Shown here piece after piece: positions 41,641-54,971 of a DNA stretch of 64,000 nucleotides (position 1 is the first letter of the stretch; the number at the start of each line of letters is the position of its first letter). The DNA comes from the human T2T-CHM13v2.0 reference genome, Homo sapiens: NCBI RefSeq assembly GCF_009914755.1, contig NC_060941.1; one strand, 5' to 3'. The position numbers and the translations under genes were made by a program. Below the pieces are notes generated by a model, which saw only the letters and a program-made list of their open reading frames with translations, made no database searches and was not told the origin of the DNA.

Positions 41641-43699
41641 ACGATTGGATAAATGATGCTATTATTAAAAAGGGAAATGGAGAAAGACAAAAATATACCA
41701 CAGTCACAATCTCAGTTATACAAATGGCTTTAAGAATCTCATTCTACATAGATTCATTATATTCTGTGTAGAACAAATGACTCATATTTACTAAATTTGG
41801 TTATTAGTTATATGGAAAGTGCAAGTCAGAAGAACAATCAGAAGTTTATGTTTAGATTCACTTATACACATGTGTACATTTACATAGTTGGTAATTGATC
41901 CATTCTTTTCTCCTACTGGAATATAAACATTTCTCAAAGGCCTTCCTTGCAGTCTATAGTTCAGGAACCATGGTTCCAACACTAAATGGTTCTAAAGGTA
42001 TTATCCTAAAATTTTTTAAATAAAATCTCAAGTATAAAAGGCTGATTTTATCAGATAGGAAATGTGTTCTAAGCTTCCTAGTTTAGAGAATATATTCACT
42101 AAGTAAATTCTTCGCATTATTAAAAGACGCTTTTCAGTAGCTATTCACAGCTATTAAATTTTGTTAGGGTTTTCCAAGGTTTTCCTGGGTTATAGACATA
42201 AAACAAATGACACATGTGCCCACAGTTATCTGTAAGTGGACAGGGACATTCTACTAAGGAGACTTTTCTTCTCAGTGTTTATTCATGGTGAGAAAACTCT
42301 AGCCTCTTCTTTTTATGCAGGAGAGATGTCCTTGAGCCTCCTATGTGACTGAAATAAAACCTTAGAGTGGTACATCGGTTCCAAAACCTTAAACTTAAAT
42401 GTAAGAGTGGTACGTTGGTTCCAAAACCTTAAACAAATATTTAAACTCCTACATAGAGTTTAAATGTTTTCAAGTTTGAAATGTGTAATTCATATTTCAT
42501 GGGACCACTGGCCTCTCAAATACATACATAAAGAAAATTTAACAGGACTCAATGTCTAGTCTCATTCTTTAAGTTTCTTAAATCCTTGGCCTTTCCTGAT
42601 TTTCTTTAAGCCCTCTATTAGTTTATTAGGTTGACAGGAGCCCAGGTAATTATGCTGGCTTCTAAGTCCTACTGTAAGTTACGTCTGCATCTCCCCGAAC
42701 ACACACAAATTTTAGTGCCACTGCAGCACTTCTAAAAACAAATAAAAGATTTGTGAACTAGTCACTAAGCATCCGACGCAATTAAACTGCATTTGTTTCT
42801 TTTTTGGCTTTCTCACACAATCGACGCCTTGTAAGAGGTAGGCACTCCTCAAATCAGACTGTGTTTTCTTTAGAGGAAAGTGTGCCAAAAATCCTCCTAC
42901 TCTACGTAACTAAAGTCTCAACTAGCAGGAGGTGGACAGTTGCAACACACATACACACACCCTTCTTCCTACTGCTACTAAAACCATGATATGCACATAT
43001 GCACGTAAAGATACAAACTCATACCTACAAATACATTAATGTGAGGGAATAGGAATAAAACCTCCTAGACAGGAATTGCAGATGCCCACAGACTCAATTA
43101 ACTGCAGCCTTATGTAAGATAAAAGAAACACAATGTCATTTAAGAGCATATATATTAGTGGTTAAGAGTAAAGCATAAACGCATAGAAAATAAAATGACA
43201 ACTGTTTGGGGAAAATTGAATTCTCTCTTTTTAAATTTTTAACACAAGTGAAAACAGACCTTACCTTGAGGTACCTATATCTCAAGAGCTTTGAGTCTCC
43301 AACTTCAGGCTGCTACACTTGAATATTTTTTTAAAGAAGGTCTTTAAAATCTGGTTAATTAGAACTGACTACTATTAACTCTTTGATTGATTTAGCATCC
43401 TGTTGTGCTGGCTCGTGCTCACACGTTCCCCACTGGTTCCCTTGAGTTGCTCTCCCACATTGGTATGAATAGTAGGTATGGACTGAAGTCACACAACAGT
43501 CCTTGTTATAAAAATAATTTATCATGGAAAAACTAAATAAGGTGTACATGTGGTCTAAGCAGACCCAAGCAGTTGCAAAGACCTTTACCCCAGTGCAATA
43601 TCACACAATCCCTTCAAACTTTCCATATTTCTGTTTTTTTATCTGCAGTATGCAAGACACGTTGGTGAGGCCACTTCCAATCCGCTCCATGAAGAAATG

Positions 43700-43940
43700 A
43701 AATTCTTTACATGCTTCCATGAATATTACCAACCATGAGCATCAGATGTGATGCATTTCAATAAACATTTTCCATACATTATCCATATAATCCTATAAAG
43801 TAGATATTGTCATCTTTGTAATAAAGTTGATGAACCTGAGTATTAACAAGCTTAGTAACTCACACCACATAAGAATCAGAGATTAAATTTGAGCAGTTTT
43901 GTCTGATTTCACAACTCAGCTTTACTGCGATTCTTCACTG
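43700..43940 (-). mobile_element. MIR
   Basis: aatcctataaagtagatattgtcatc...gatgaacctgag...agtaactcac. Confidence 0.55.
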
Positions 43941-44269
43941 CCTTTGTCTGCTAAGCTCTTTACTGTCCATGGTATCAGAATTACAGCTCTTTTTCCATTA
44001 TTTTGTGGAGAGATGAAGAAAGGAAAAAATGGACCCTTAACAAAATAACTATGGAAACAATAAAGTCTTCCTTTTCTCCCATCAAAGTACTATCTTTAGA
44101 AGAATAGCAACTTTTTCTCCTTACTCTCATTAGTTTGCTAAAATGCATTCTGGGGCTTGAAAGAACTATGGCATGTCTTGAAAGGTGTTCTTTTGAATAC
44201 TTATTTGCATGATGAAAGAATCATCTTATGGAATGATAAAGCAACTATATCATTATCAAAGAGAATGTG

Positions 44270-44777
44270 TGTTGAGAGACAACTCTCCATAGGTCTCTTA
44301 CATTCTTTCATGTCTTGCAAGCAGAGTCACTAACTGCCCTTTGTTCTGGACTATCTTTTCAAGGATATCTGTACAAAAAACAACCTTGAAGTGTAAGATG
44401 TCTCTCTCTGGAGCAATAGGCAGGTATGGGTAATATCTGGTATAATAAAGACAATGTCCCCCACTAAAGTAAAAGGCAGGCATGCTTACTGCTCATTAGA
44501 AAAGATTCAGAGTCCCTAAGCTCAGAATTCTTCCCCTGTAGAAGGATCCACTGTGTGTAGGTGTTATCTGGCCCTCTTTATGACGCCTTATGGGAATCGG
44601 AGCTCAGAAAGCCTGTGCAAAAATGCTGGTACAATGGCTACTACTACTGCTGTGAGTAATGAACTGTCTTTCATCTCTGACCCAAGAGTTGGATGCTTTC
44701 AACCAGCACCTAGTTTGTAAGCTAACTTACAAGCTTGTGAGTAGGAAAAAGATCTCAGATCTTCACAGTTCATTGCA
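44270..44777 (+). mobile_element. ERVL solo LTR, LTR40a-like
   Basis: tgttgagagacaactctccataggtctct...ggactatcttttcaagga...tctctgacccaagag...cacagttcattgca; TG...CA ends. Confidence 0.75.
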
Positions 44778-45081
44778 ATATAACCGGTCCCTACTATGGA
44801 AGTAGGTCATCAAAATCAGCTTTGTTAGCCTTAAATATTCATAGTATAAATGTAAGTTTGGCTTTGCCCTTGATACTCTATGATTATTACCATGCTACTC
44901 TGAGATTATAAATAATTAAATCCCTGGCAGACTCCCAATGAAATATTTATTCTCACTTACTATCCTTCATATCAAGTATTTCAATATCTTTTAAAAAAAG
45001 AATATGCTTAATGAAGGTTGGCAGTAGTTTATGAAGTACTCTGTGCTTTCTGAGTGCAATTGTTCTGCTCTTTTCCATTTT

Positions 45082-45795
45082 CTTTTCTTTTTTTTATTAT
45101 ACTTTAAGTTCTGGGGTACATGTGCAGAACATGCAGGTTTGTTACATGGGTATACACGTGCCATTGTGGTTGCTGCACCCATCAAGCCGTCATCTACATT
45201 AGGTATTTCTCCTAATGCTATCCCTCTCCTAGCCCCCCACCCACCAACAGGTCCCAGTGTGTGATGTTCCCCTCCCTGTATCCATGTGTTCTCATTGTTC
45301 AACTCCCACTTACGAGTGAGAACATGTGGTGTTTGGTTTTCTGTTCTTGTGTGAGTTTGCTGAGAATGATGGTTTCCAGCTTCATCCACGTCCCTACAAA
45401 GGACATAAACTCATCCTTTTTGTGGCTGCATAGTATTCCATGGTGTATGTGTGCCACATTTCCTTTATCCAGTCTATCACTGATGGGCATTTGGGTTAGT
45501 TCCAAGTCTTTGCTATTGTGAACAGTGCTGCCATAAACATACATGTGCTTGTGTCTTTGTAGTAGAATGATTTATAAACCTTTGGGTATATACCCAGTAA
45601 TGGGATTGCTGGGTCAAACGGTATTTCTGGTTCTAGGTCCTTGAGGAATCACCACACTGTCTTCCACAATGGTTGAATTAATTTACACCCCCACCAACAC
45701 CAACCGTGTATAGGCATTCCTATTTCTCCACATCCTCTCCAGCATCTGTTGTTTCCTGACTTTTTAATGATCACCATTCTAACTGGTGTGAGATA
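45082..45795 (-). mobile_element. L1PA7/8-like 3' end, 5'-truncated
   Basis: Reverse 3' UTR plus ORF2 end; 14-bp TSD ctcttttccatttt at 45068-45081 and 45796-45809; TTTT/AA endonuclease site. Confidence 0.96.
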
Positions 45796-46044
45796 CTCTT
45801 TTCCATTTTAAAAGAACATCAGCATAATGCATCACATTCATTTAAGAACCTAGAGTTATGTTACACTGAAAATGCTACCTTTCTAAATAAGCCACACGTA
45901 ATTAGAAATTGTGAGTTTTTACATGAGTGGGGACCCTACAAAATGAAATATATTTTTACATGGGATTTTCATTCATAAAATTGCTTTATATTATTTGTTT
46001 CACTTTTGACATGTTTCTCATTGGACTACTATATCTGAAGATTA

Positions 46045-46215
46045 GTATTTATTGGGATCAACATGAGTTCTTGATAAAAATAAAGACTAAGGCCCCCCAC
46101 CCCCAACCCGCTGCATTTTGTTTCAAGTTTCCTGGGGTAATATTCAGGTACAGGAAATTCAATTACCCTAAGTGAAACCACCAAGTGATTCTGATGCAAC
46201 ACATTTAGACACGGC
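46045..46215. mobile_element. MER5-like hAT MITE
   Basis: gagttcttgataaaaataaagact...ccaagtgattctgatgca. Confidence 0.5.
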
Positions 46216-46399
46216 ATAAGATACGTTAGAATTGGAATCAAGAAGATTTGGGGTTCAAGTCCTTTGACTTTGAGCAAGATGTCAAAGCCTTAACTTTTTC
46301 AATGTCCTCATTTATAAAATGACCACATTACACTATAATTGCCACAAGTTTGTTTCATATTCTATTAATTTATAGATCAAGAAACCTCTCTTCTAGAGA

Positions 46400-46850
46400 G
46401 TCTTCTACTTGGTCCCAGTTCCACAGAAAATAGAGCCTGAGGCAAATATTAAGAGCTTAATGCTTGTTTGGGAGGTGTAATCCAGGATGGTGGAGTGAAA
46501 GCAACAAGAAGTGAAGCAGGAACTGATGCGAATCAAACTCAAGATGGTCCATTATCAAGCGAGCCACTGCTTCATAAAGTGATAGAGGCCAGCACTGGGC
46601 TTTGCATGTTATCTTCTGGATGAAATCTGTGCTTCAAAACAATTCCTTAGACACAGGAGACTGAGATCATCAAAAGTGGCACATGAGTGCCACTGGTACA
46701 ATGTACCACTCAGATCCAAACATGCCCTTCCATCATATCTGGCTTTCAAAATACAATAATGAATGCCTATTATTTTGTGAGGACAAGAGGGCCCAGGAGG
46801 TATGTTAGGCTGAGGGAATCCGAAGTAGGTATAAATCAGCATTTGGCCAT
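46400..46850 (-). mobile_element. Old ERVL-type LTR remnant
   Basis: cagaaaatagagcctgaggcaa...tttgggaggtgtaatccagga...ggagtga pattern; subfamily uncertain. Confidence 0.45.
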
Positions 46851-47099
46851 TTGTGTGTCCTCGTTTCCTCCTCAGAATATATTTATCTCATTTTTATTCC
46901 CTAAATATTCATATGACATAATTGATCTTGTTTGTGTTTTAAATTAACAAGATGCAATTCAGATTGTAAGTTCTCTTGAATGTGACGATTCCTCCTAGTT
47001 TTAGGTTATCTCATACCTTTTGGGTCACAGTATCATGCATTTTGGACACTCAGACGTATTGTTTTCTGTTTTGTTTGATTCTGTGTTAAGACTCTTTCA

Positions 47100-47648
<549 letters not shown>

Positions 47649-48939
47649 CCCAATCACCTTTTCAATAAAGCTTTCTAAAAATATATCCTGGCTGATATCA
47701 TTGTATCAAGCTATAAAATGGGGACCTTTCTTTAACAGTTTCTTTGTAGATGAAAATTTATATTGAGAGATTAAAAAATCAAAAGGAAAAATCCCAAGTG
47801 TGGAAGAAGTATATTTAAAAATTTCTTTCTCCAGTAGACAGACCATTTCTATTATCTACCTATTTATCTATTATATACCTGAGCATCTCTCTGTATACCT
47901 ATCTCTGTCTCATTCATCTACCTCTATCTATATCTCTACTTATATAAATATACTTATCTACCCATTTATTACATACATATAGATATTTATCTTCATTTAC
48001 AATTAAGGTCACGGTTGTTGTATATTAAAACTAACACGTTACCTCATGAAGAAAAAGAAATTGTGATCCGGGTTATCTGTTACCTGTCTGCATAAGCTTG
48101 TGTCTGTGAACAAAAGGGTAGGCATATTTTTACATTAACAAAACATAATTAACCATTTTCAGTAGAATGAGATTCCCTTGCTCATTTTAGCTGATGACTC
48201 CTGCCACAAATTACCAAATATACATAGAATTAGAACAATTATGTTTCTAACCCTTATCATCTAGGTCTCTGAGGTAACCAATTTTTAATTTTATGAAAAT
48301 GGGAGCAGACAATTTTTTATTTGAAAATTGTGGCTCATGAGCAAAGGCAGTCCTCTAAAACAGACACTCCTCTGGTGCTCTCTTCCTGATTTTGACCATG
48401 AATTCCTTTTAACCTGCTCAGGGATATGCAAGAAGTGGGAGGATTATCACATAACATTATTTCCTTTGGAGAGTGGGGTAGGATTCTCCATCCCCTAATA
48501 ATAAAAATTTTTACTGGTTGAAATTTCTGTGAGAAGGATGAGAGGAAAGAAAGAAAGGAATATGATAACCAGAGTGTGTGGCTGCACCCACATCCAGTTA
48601 CTGTTCGCTGCATTTGTATGGGGTTTATCTTACTAGAATGCGATTACTGTAAACTGAAAGACTCAAAGCTAGACCAAAGGGGAACGGATTATGCAGGCAG
48701 TGGCTTTCCCAAGCATTTTACTCTATTTGGTCAAATCCTTTGATTGCTTTTTTCTGTCCTAACATATGTAGTTAAAAGAATGCAAACTATTCCCTGGATA
48801 TTTTCTACTCTTGTTTTGTCTTTTTATGAATCTTATTGATCTTATCTACACTAACTCAACTGGATGCTGCCTCCTTCTTTACAATGAATATCCCTATAAT
48901 TCCCTCCTGATTTCCCTTTCCAAAAACCATTCCCACCTA

Positions 48940-49148
48940 ACATATATTTATGTAAATGCAAAAGGAGATATCTGGAAAGACGCACAACTAACTCTTAAAA
49001 GTGGTTACCCCTAAGAGAGGAGTGGGATTGGGAAATGGAGCACGGTGGGGAAGAACTTTCACTTTTTAGTCAATATACTTCTGAATGGTCTTCACTCATT
49101 ACTCTGAAAATGTCTTTTGTGTTATGTTTTTAAAAAGAAGAAAATAAA
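48940..49148 (+). mobile_element. L1ME 3' fragment
   Basis: tctggaaagacgcacaacta...agtggttacccct...actttcacttttt...atatacttctg. Confidence 0.55.
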
Positions 49149-49977
49149 AGCTTTTTCGTAATTCTAGAAGAGAAATAAAAGAATATAAGGAAGAAAGGTT
49201 AAATAAAGTAAGCAAAAGGGAGTTATGGGAAGGAAGAGAAAAGAAGAGAAGACAAGAGAGGAGGGATGAAACGGGATTGCATACTGCATATTGTCAGTTT
49301 TTCCTGTTGTTGTTTTTTTCCCCTCCATGTTGATTTCAGGGACAATAATCCTGCCACTTGCAGAGTAAGCCCCTTTGTGACTTAGAAAAAAATGACATAC
49401 CCTAGTTTGGAAACATATTTAAAATTTCCATTCCCTATGTTAATAGAATTTGGAGATTCTCTAATGCTTCTTCCTCAGATCTAATAATCAATTAAAAATA
49501 TATCAGAGTATCAAATATGTCACAATTATTCTAGATCTGATAGGTAGAGTGTGTCAATGATATTTATCTCTTTGCTAAAACACTGAGATAATTTATATAA
49601 ATTCACTATAACAAAAGAGTAAACTAGATCTACTATGAGTTTAAATAGGAAGACTGGTAACAATAATAACAAGACCTCATTATTTATTTATTTATATTAA
49701 GTATCAGCTATATTTACTGTGCAAAATGCTAGAAAAATATCACTTAATAAAATAAAGCAGGTGCCAGACCTCATGAAACCTATAAAGGAAGGTGTAATAG
49801 TAGAAGTGATTCAAACAAAGAAGTTGGTTATCTTTAGGGGCACAGAATAAAACAGATATAATCAACTACAAAATAACTTTAAAAATAATTCCAGAACAAT
49901 CTTTTTATTTTACCTAAGAATACAAACATATCATTCATAAGGCCATTCTTGATGAATAAAATCTGATGTGCCTTCTT

Positions 49978-49995
49978 TTTTTTCTTTTTCTTTTT
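49978..49995 (-). mobile_element. Poly(A)-only TPRT insertion
   Basis: 18-nt T-rich tract between perfect 14-bp repeats tgatgtgccttctt (49964-49977 and 49996-50009). Confidence 0.7.
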
Positions 49996-50688
49996 TGATG
50001 TGCCTTCTTAAATTGAAAAAATTCTGTGCAGACAGTCCATGAAAAGCACAGATCCAAAAGAAAATTAAACTTACAAATGTGCTATGAGTGTTCTGTAGAA
50101 AAATAACTGTTTAAACATAAAATCCCATAATTAGCCTGGATCTCTCATTCAAGCACTGCAGGTCAAAACCACCAACTTTTCCAAGTCAATGGGGAAAAGC
50201 CTTCCATTTCTCTCTTGTGTATTTGGGTGTGTGTAATTAGACTTCTCCGATGCCAACAAAAACCCATGAAGACTTTCTTCATACAAGTTTAGATTGTTCC
50301 AGCTCCAAAAATGGGATCAGAACGTGCTGGTACACCATCAGCAACACCCCTGGATGGGAAATACCACCAAGCCGTTTCAGCAAAGAAGTTACTGCTCTCC
50401 ACTAAGATAAATATCTGAAATTTTTTAAAAAATGGAATCAGTGGAGCAAAAGCAAAGGCTATTAGTCTAATGACTGCGATGGATTTGGTGTTGAATTTTG
50501 CCTGCTAATTTATATTAATTTCCTTGGTAGTTGATGTTTGAGCCGATGCTGTACATGAATGGATTATTGATGTGGTAAAATCTGAGGTCGCTGACCACTG
50601 TTATTAGTTAGCATTTGGTTTGCCTACATATTATATAAAATAAAAATAACAACAGTTTAAATAGGATAAAAGTCTCTCTCACTATGTT

Positions 50689-50765
50689 ACACACACACAC
50701 ACACACACACCACACACACACATACACACACACACACACACACCACACACACACATACACACACA

Positions 50766-50800
<35 letters not shown>
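50689..50800. repeat. About 112-bp interrupted (CA)n
   Basis: Read directly; CC and TA interruptions recur. Confidence 0.97.
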
Positions 50801-50880
50801 TGTGAGTTGGCAGTATCGGGCAGTTATGGTGACTCTGCAGTGTTATCAGAGGCCCACATTCCTATAATTTTGTTCCACCC

Positions 50881-51465
50881 TGGTGGCACATTGAAGTGTC
50901 CAGTGATGACTACAATAGGTGATTCCCATACCACATGCTCCTCTGCATACAACTTTGCTCATTTCCAGTAAAGAGGTGGGGAAAAGTCATCTGTCCTCTT
51001 GAATCTGAGCTGGCCTCAGTGATTTGCAGGTAAGCAGTAGAGTGGAGCAGACAGAATGCTGTGTGATTTCCGAAGTTAGGTCATTAAAGACCGTGTAGCT
51101 TTGCCTGGTTTTCTTGAAGTACCTACTCTCAGAATCTCTAGCACTGTGAGAAGCCCCAGCACATGGACAGCCCATGCGTAGATGTTCTGGTTGACTGTCC
51201 TCGCTGAGCCCAGCCTCGAAATCATCTTAGTGAACTGGACATTTAATTAAAGAACGCTCCAAGTAATTCCAGTACTCAGTCATTCAAGACTTCACAGTTT
51301 AAACCCCAGCCATTATAAAGCTTTGTAGGTCAAAGACAAGTCATCCCACTGTGCTCCATTTGAATTCCTGACCCCCAGAATCCTCACACATTATAAAATA
51401 GATGTGATTTTACATTAGTAAGTTTGGAGAGGTTTGTTATGCTATAATAGATAATTGATATAAAC
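50881..51465 (+). mobile_element. MLT1G-like MaLR LTR
   Basis: cttgaatctgagctggcc...gctgtgtgatttccgaagttaggtcat...gaattcctgaccc.cagaatc...ggtttgttatgc.ataatagataa. Confidence 0.8.
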
Positions 51466-52649
51466 ACAGTCATCATGTTGCTGAACCCCAAGGTGTATGC
51501 TAGAGATGCTGCCTCTGTATTCACGTTCCAGGCATCAAGAAAGAGGAGACAATTCCATTTGGAGGAAGCAATTCTGCTACACTTCATTGATGAAAACCTA
51601 GTCATATGGATTTACTGAGTGCCACAGCAGGCTGGTGAATGTAGTCTTAAAGATAAGCACCAGTATTCCCAGTTAAATATTCTGTGTTACCAACTAGAAG
51701 TCTCTGCAACAAATGTCTACTTTTTTTCTCAATTTGATTTTAGACACTCCCACTTTTAAAATTCGTTGTTTAAGATAAGGTGTTATGTCTATGAAAACTC
51801 TTACTAACGTACAAATGGAAAACTAAGAAGGGTAACACCTAAATGTGGACATTTTTATAAAATCACCATCTTTCTTATGAAAACAGATGGCGTTGACAAG
51901 GCAAAGCATAGTTAAGAGACCCAAGGACATTGCCTCAGAATCAAAGAGGGAAATCCAGCTGTAGCTTAAAGGTTAAAGGTCTTGGACATTTGAGAGTAGG
52001 AGTACAATGGTCATAAACTAGATTAAAATTATTTTTTAATTAGCTGAGGATTTATAAGTAGATAAATCTTTATTATTCTCATTCTTTAGGCAATTTTTAA
52101 GATATTGCTACAAAGGTAATTCTGATGATTTTATGTGAGAATAATTTATTCCAAAATAGACAGGTCTCTTTTAAAATTACCTTATCTTCAACTTAAATTC
52201 CTAAGTCCTATATCTTCTTTTGAATGGTGATTAAAACATATTTTTGTGCAAAGGTATGCTTCTTTTGATAGCTAAAACCTAGCTTATATAACCATTAATG
52301 GGTAGTGATTGTCTAAATTTAACCTGGGACAAGAATTTGTTTCAAATTGCACCAAAATCTCCATTGAGAGCTTCCTCTGTAATCACCCTGAATATTGATT
52401 CCCTGAAAGCAGAAGCTATTTTAAAGACGAGTTAATTTCTTCATTGAACATTGGTACCTAGAGAGAATCTGTCAAAATACTGTAGGGATGGTGGGCAATT
52501 GACTGGACTTAAATATGTTTCTTCTAAGCTGGAGGATGCTTATCAAACTACAACCTGGAATGGTCTTGGAGTGAAATTGTTCTTCCATTCTCTAGCAATA
52601 GGCCTCTGAGGGACCTGAGAACAGTTATTGTGCTAATCATGATAATAAT

Positions 52650-52860
52650 AATAGTAATAATAAATAGCATTTAATAACTGTTGCTTATGAGAACTAATTT
52701 GTGTCAGACACTTGGTGAAAATGTTCACATTTTATCTCAGTTAGTCTTTATTACAACCCTGTGAGGTCATTTCTACTGTTATCCTCATTTAACCAGTAAA
52801 GAAATGGAAATTAAATAATAGGGCCAACATCTTGCAGAGCTAAGAGTCAAACTCAGGCCA
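52650..52860 (-). mobile_element. MIR
   Basis: acaaccctgtgaggt...gttatcctcattt...gagtcaaactcagg. Confidence 0.65.
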
Positions 52861-52970
52861 TTAGGCAGATGGAAACACCAGGGGAACATTATGTGAATTC
52901 TGAGACTTATATGTCTGTCATTCTGTCTCATATTCCATCTCTTTTGACCTGAGTTTTTTTTTAACCATAT

Positions 52971-53298
52971 AAAGCCATCCCTTGGTGTGGATGGAGGATT
53001 GGTTCCAGGACCTCCTATAGATACTAAAATCTATGGTGACTCAAGATACAAAATGGTGTAATATTTGCATATTACCTATGCACACCCTCCTGTATATTTT
53101 AAGTCAACTTTGGATTACTTGTAATACCTAATACCATGTAAATTTTATATAAATAGTTGTTATACTGTACTGTTTAGGGAATAATGACAAGAAAAAAATG
53201 TCTGGGCATGTTTGGTAGAGGCACAATTTTTAAAAATAGTTTTGATCTGTGGTTGCTTGAATCCAGGGATGCAGACCTCATGGATAGGGACGACCTTA
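52971..53298 (+). mobile_element. MER2 Tigger MITE
   Basis: ggattggttccaggacc...tatttgcatattacctatgcaca...ttagggaataatgacaagaaaaaa...catggataggga. Confidence 0.88.
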
Positions 53299-53629
53299 TC
53301 CATGTTTAAGGTTGAAAATTTAATGTTTAAGGTTTTTTCTGTGGAGTGAATCCACTGACCCAGGCATAAGCATTCCAAAGCCTGTCGACTTAGGCTACTT
53401 TCTAGATAGAGAGGTAGATAGAGGACAATAAGCCACAATGCCACCAGGATGTAGGTGAGTGTGTCAGAGGGAGGGAGTCCCTTTGCTTCCTTCCTTCCTT
53501 TTGTTTATTTATTTGTCCTTTTTTGCAAGACAAGTTTCCCTAATGGAGGTATGTGGCTTAGAGGCAGCCTCACTTGAATATGCTTTGGGAGAGAGCCTAA
53601 TACCTCATATTTTTAAAAAGAAAAAAAAA

Positions 53630-53663
53630 CCACACGCGCGCGCGCACCCACCCACCCACCCAA

Positions 53664-53714
<51 letters not shown>

Positions 53715-54570
53715 CATATATATATTCCAAGCCAAAAATATCAAGCAGCTCATGGCTGTTAAAAAGCCAGGCAAAGCTGCGTCCCACCCTTCAGTGTTTT
53801 TCTTTCAAACACATTGACCACCCTCCTTTCACAACATCTTATTTAGTGAAGCACGCGTTGTCCAAACGGAATAAAATGTTGCAACACTGAAATCTGGATT
53901 CTGCCTGAAGTTCTCTTTCATCGACACACTTTCTCACTTTTTTCCCTCCTTCAGTGCTAGGCATCATAGCAGAAATCTCTCCGTGGAGATCTGGAGGGAA
54001 AGGGGTTAATTTGAGAGGCTTGGAGCCAGACCTCTCTTAACTGGGGAGTTGGCAGCCAGCAGTTTGGAACACTGCCTCGAATGTCTGACTGAAGGTTTTT
54101 ATTATCCTTTATGCCCAAAGGTGGCTTTTAGACACCCACAGCAGCACACGGACCTCTGATTGGGATTCGACAGACGGGAGCCAGAAAGCTGTCTGCCCTT
54201 TTTGCGATGACTGGGGAACCCCACGGAGGAAACCACCAACCCCTTCCCCAACCTGAGGCTGGACGTGCCCTCCCTCACCCTTCAATAAACTTCAGACCTG
54301 TCAGGGGAGTTGTAAAATCAGTGTGGAGTTCTGAGAGTTGGTGGGGGAGGGGGTGAGCAGGAGAACGGAGGGGGCGTGAGAGATGGAATGAAGAGTGAGG
54401 CAGGTCTACCGGAGACAAAATAAATGGTAAGAAGAAAGGAAAGAATAGGAGAGCTGAAAACAAAGAAAAAGTAACGACATGAAGACAAAGTTGACGACAC
54501 AAATGAGAATTACAGAGAACAAGAAAGGTGAAGAGAAGAAAACAGAGATAAGGGGAAAAAGTTAAGAGGC
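53630..54570. promoter_or_regulatory. Candidate intermediate-CpG promoter/enhancer
   Basis: No interspersed repeats; about 24 CpG in about 870 bp by hand count, well above the flanks; GGGGCGTG and GGGGAGGGG Sp/KLF-like boxes; nearby splice donors. Confidence 0.45.
53631..53712. repeat. Compound (CG)5-(CACC)4-(CA)23 repeat
   Basis: Read directly. Confidence 0.97.
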
Positions 54571-54971
54571 TAAGAAGCATCCTCATCCAAGAACCTCAGA
54601 TGCCTCACTTGCCTTTGTTATCCACAACTCAGCTATATGAAGGGTTAGCGTTACCATCTGTATGGTGTTATTTTATCCATACAAGATTCATCCTGACCTA
54701 TGCGATTAAAATTGACCCATGTTCGCCAGGGTGAAACCCTGTAGCATCCAAGAAAACTTTGAAAGTATCCTAGGCTCCAAAGCAGTAGCTTTCTGATTTG
54801 TTTGATTTTTCCCTTCCCAGAAGGAAATACAAAGGACCCAGGTATTTGAAAGCAGATTGGAATCTAACACCGACAAGACGCTGTTCTTATATAACATGGT
54901 GGTTATGAGCATCCAAAGAGATGGTCCATGCAGAGGAGGTCAAACACAAATCCAGTAGGAAAAGCGTGTTC

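Larger units (their letters stand above)
50600..51710 (-). mobile_element. Old MLT1 (I/J/K-like) LTR interrupted by a (CA)n tract and an MLT1G-like LTR
   Basis: tattagttagcatttggtttgc start; cattgatgaaaacctagtcatatgg...ggctggtgaatgtagtct...ctctgcaaca end. Confidence 0.55.

Noticed and set aside
42364-42434. CRISPR-like repeat-spacer-repeat appearance
   Set aside because: Only two copies, a 9-bp spacer, no cas genes and a primate context; this is a simple duplication
53459-53890. 143-aa ORF with an HT repeat; also the CV/IY/HT-repeat ORFs at 8597, 27027, 34588-34895 and 50608-50971
   Set aside because: The frames stay open because microsatellites lack stop codons
54275-54586. 103-aa hydrophobic, membrane-like ORF on the minus strand
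   Set aside because: The L/F/S/P bias follows from the pyrimidine-rich strand; no recognisable homology, and its phase does not join the downstream candidate exons' frame
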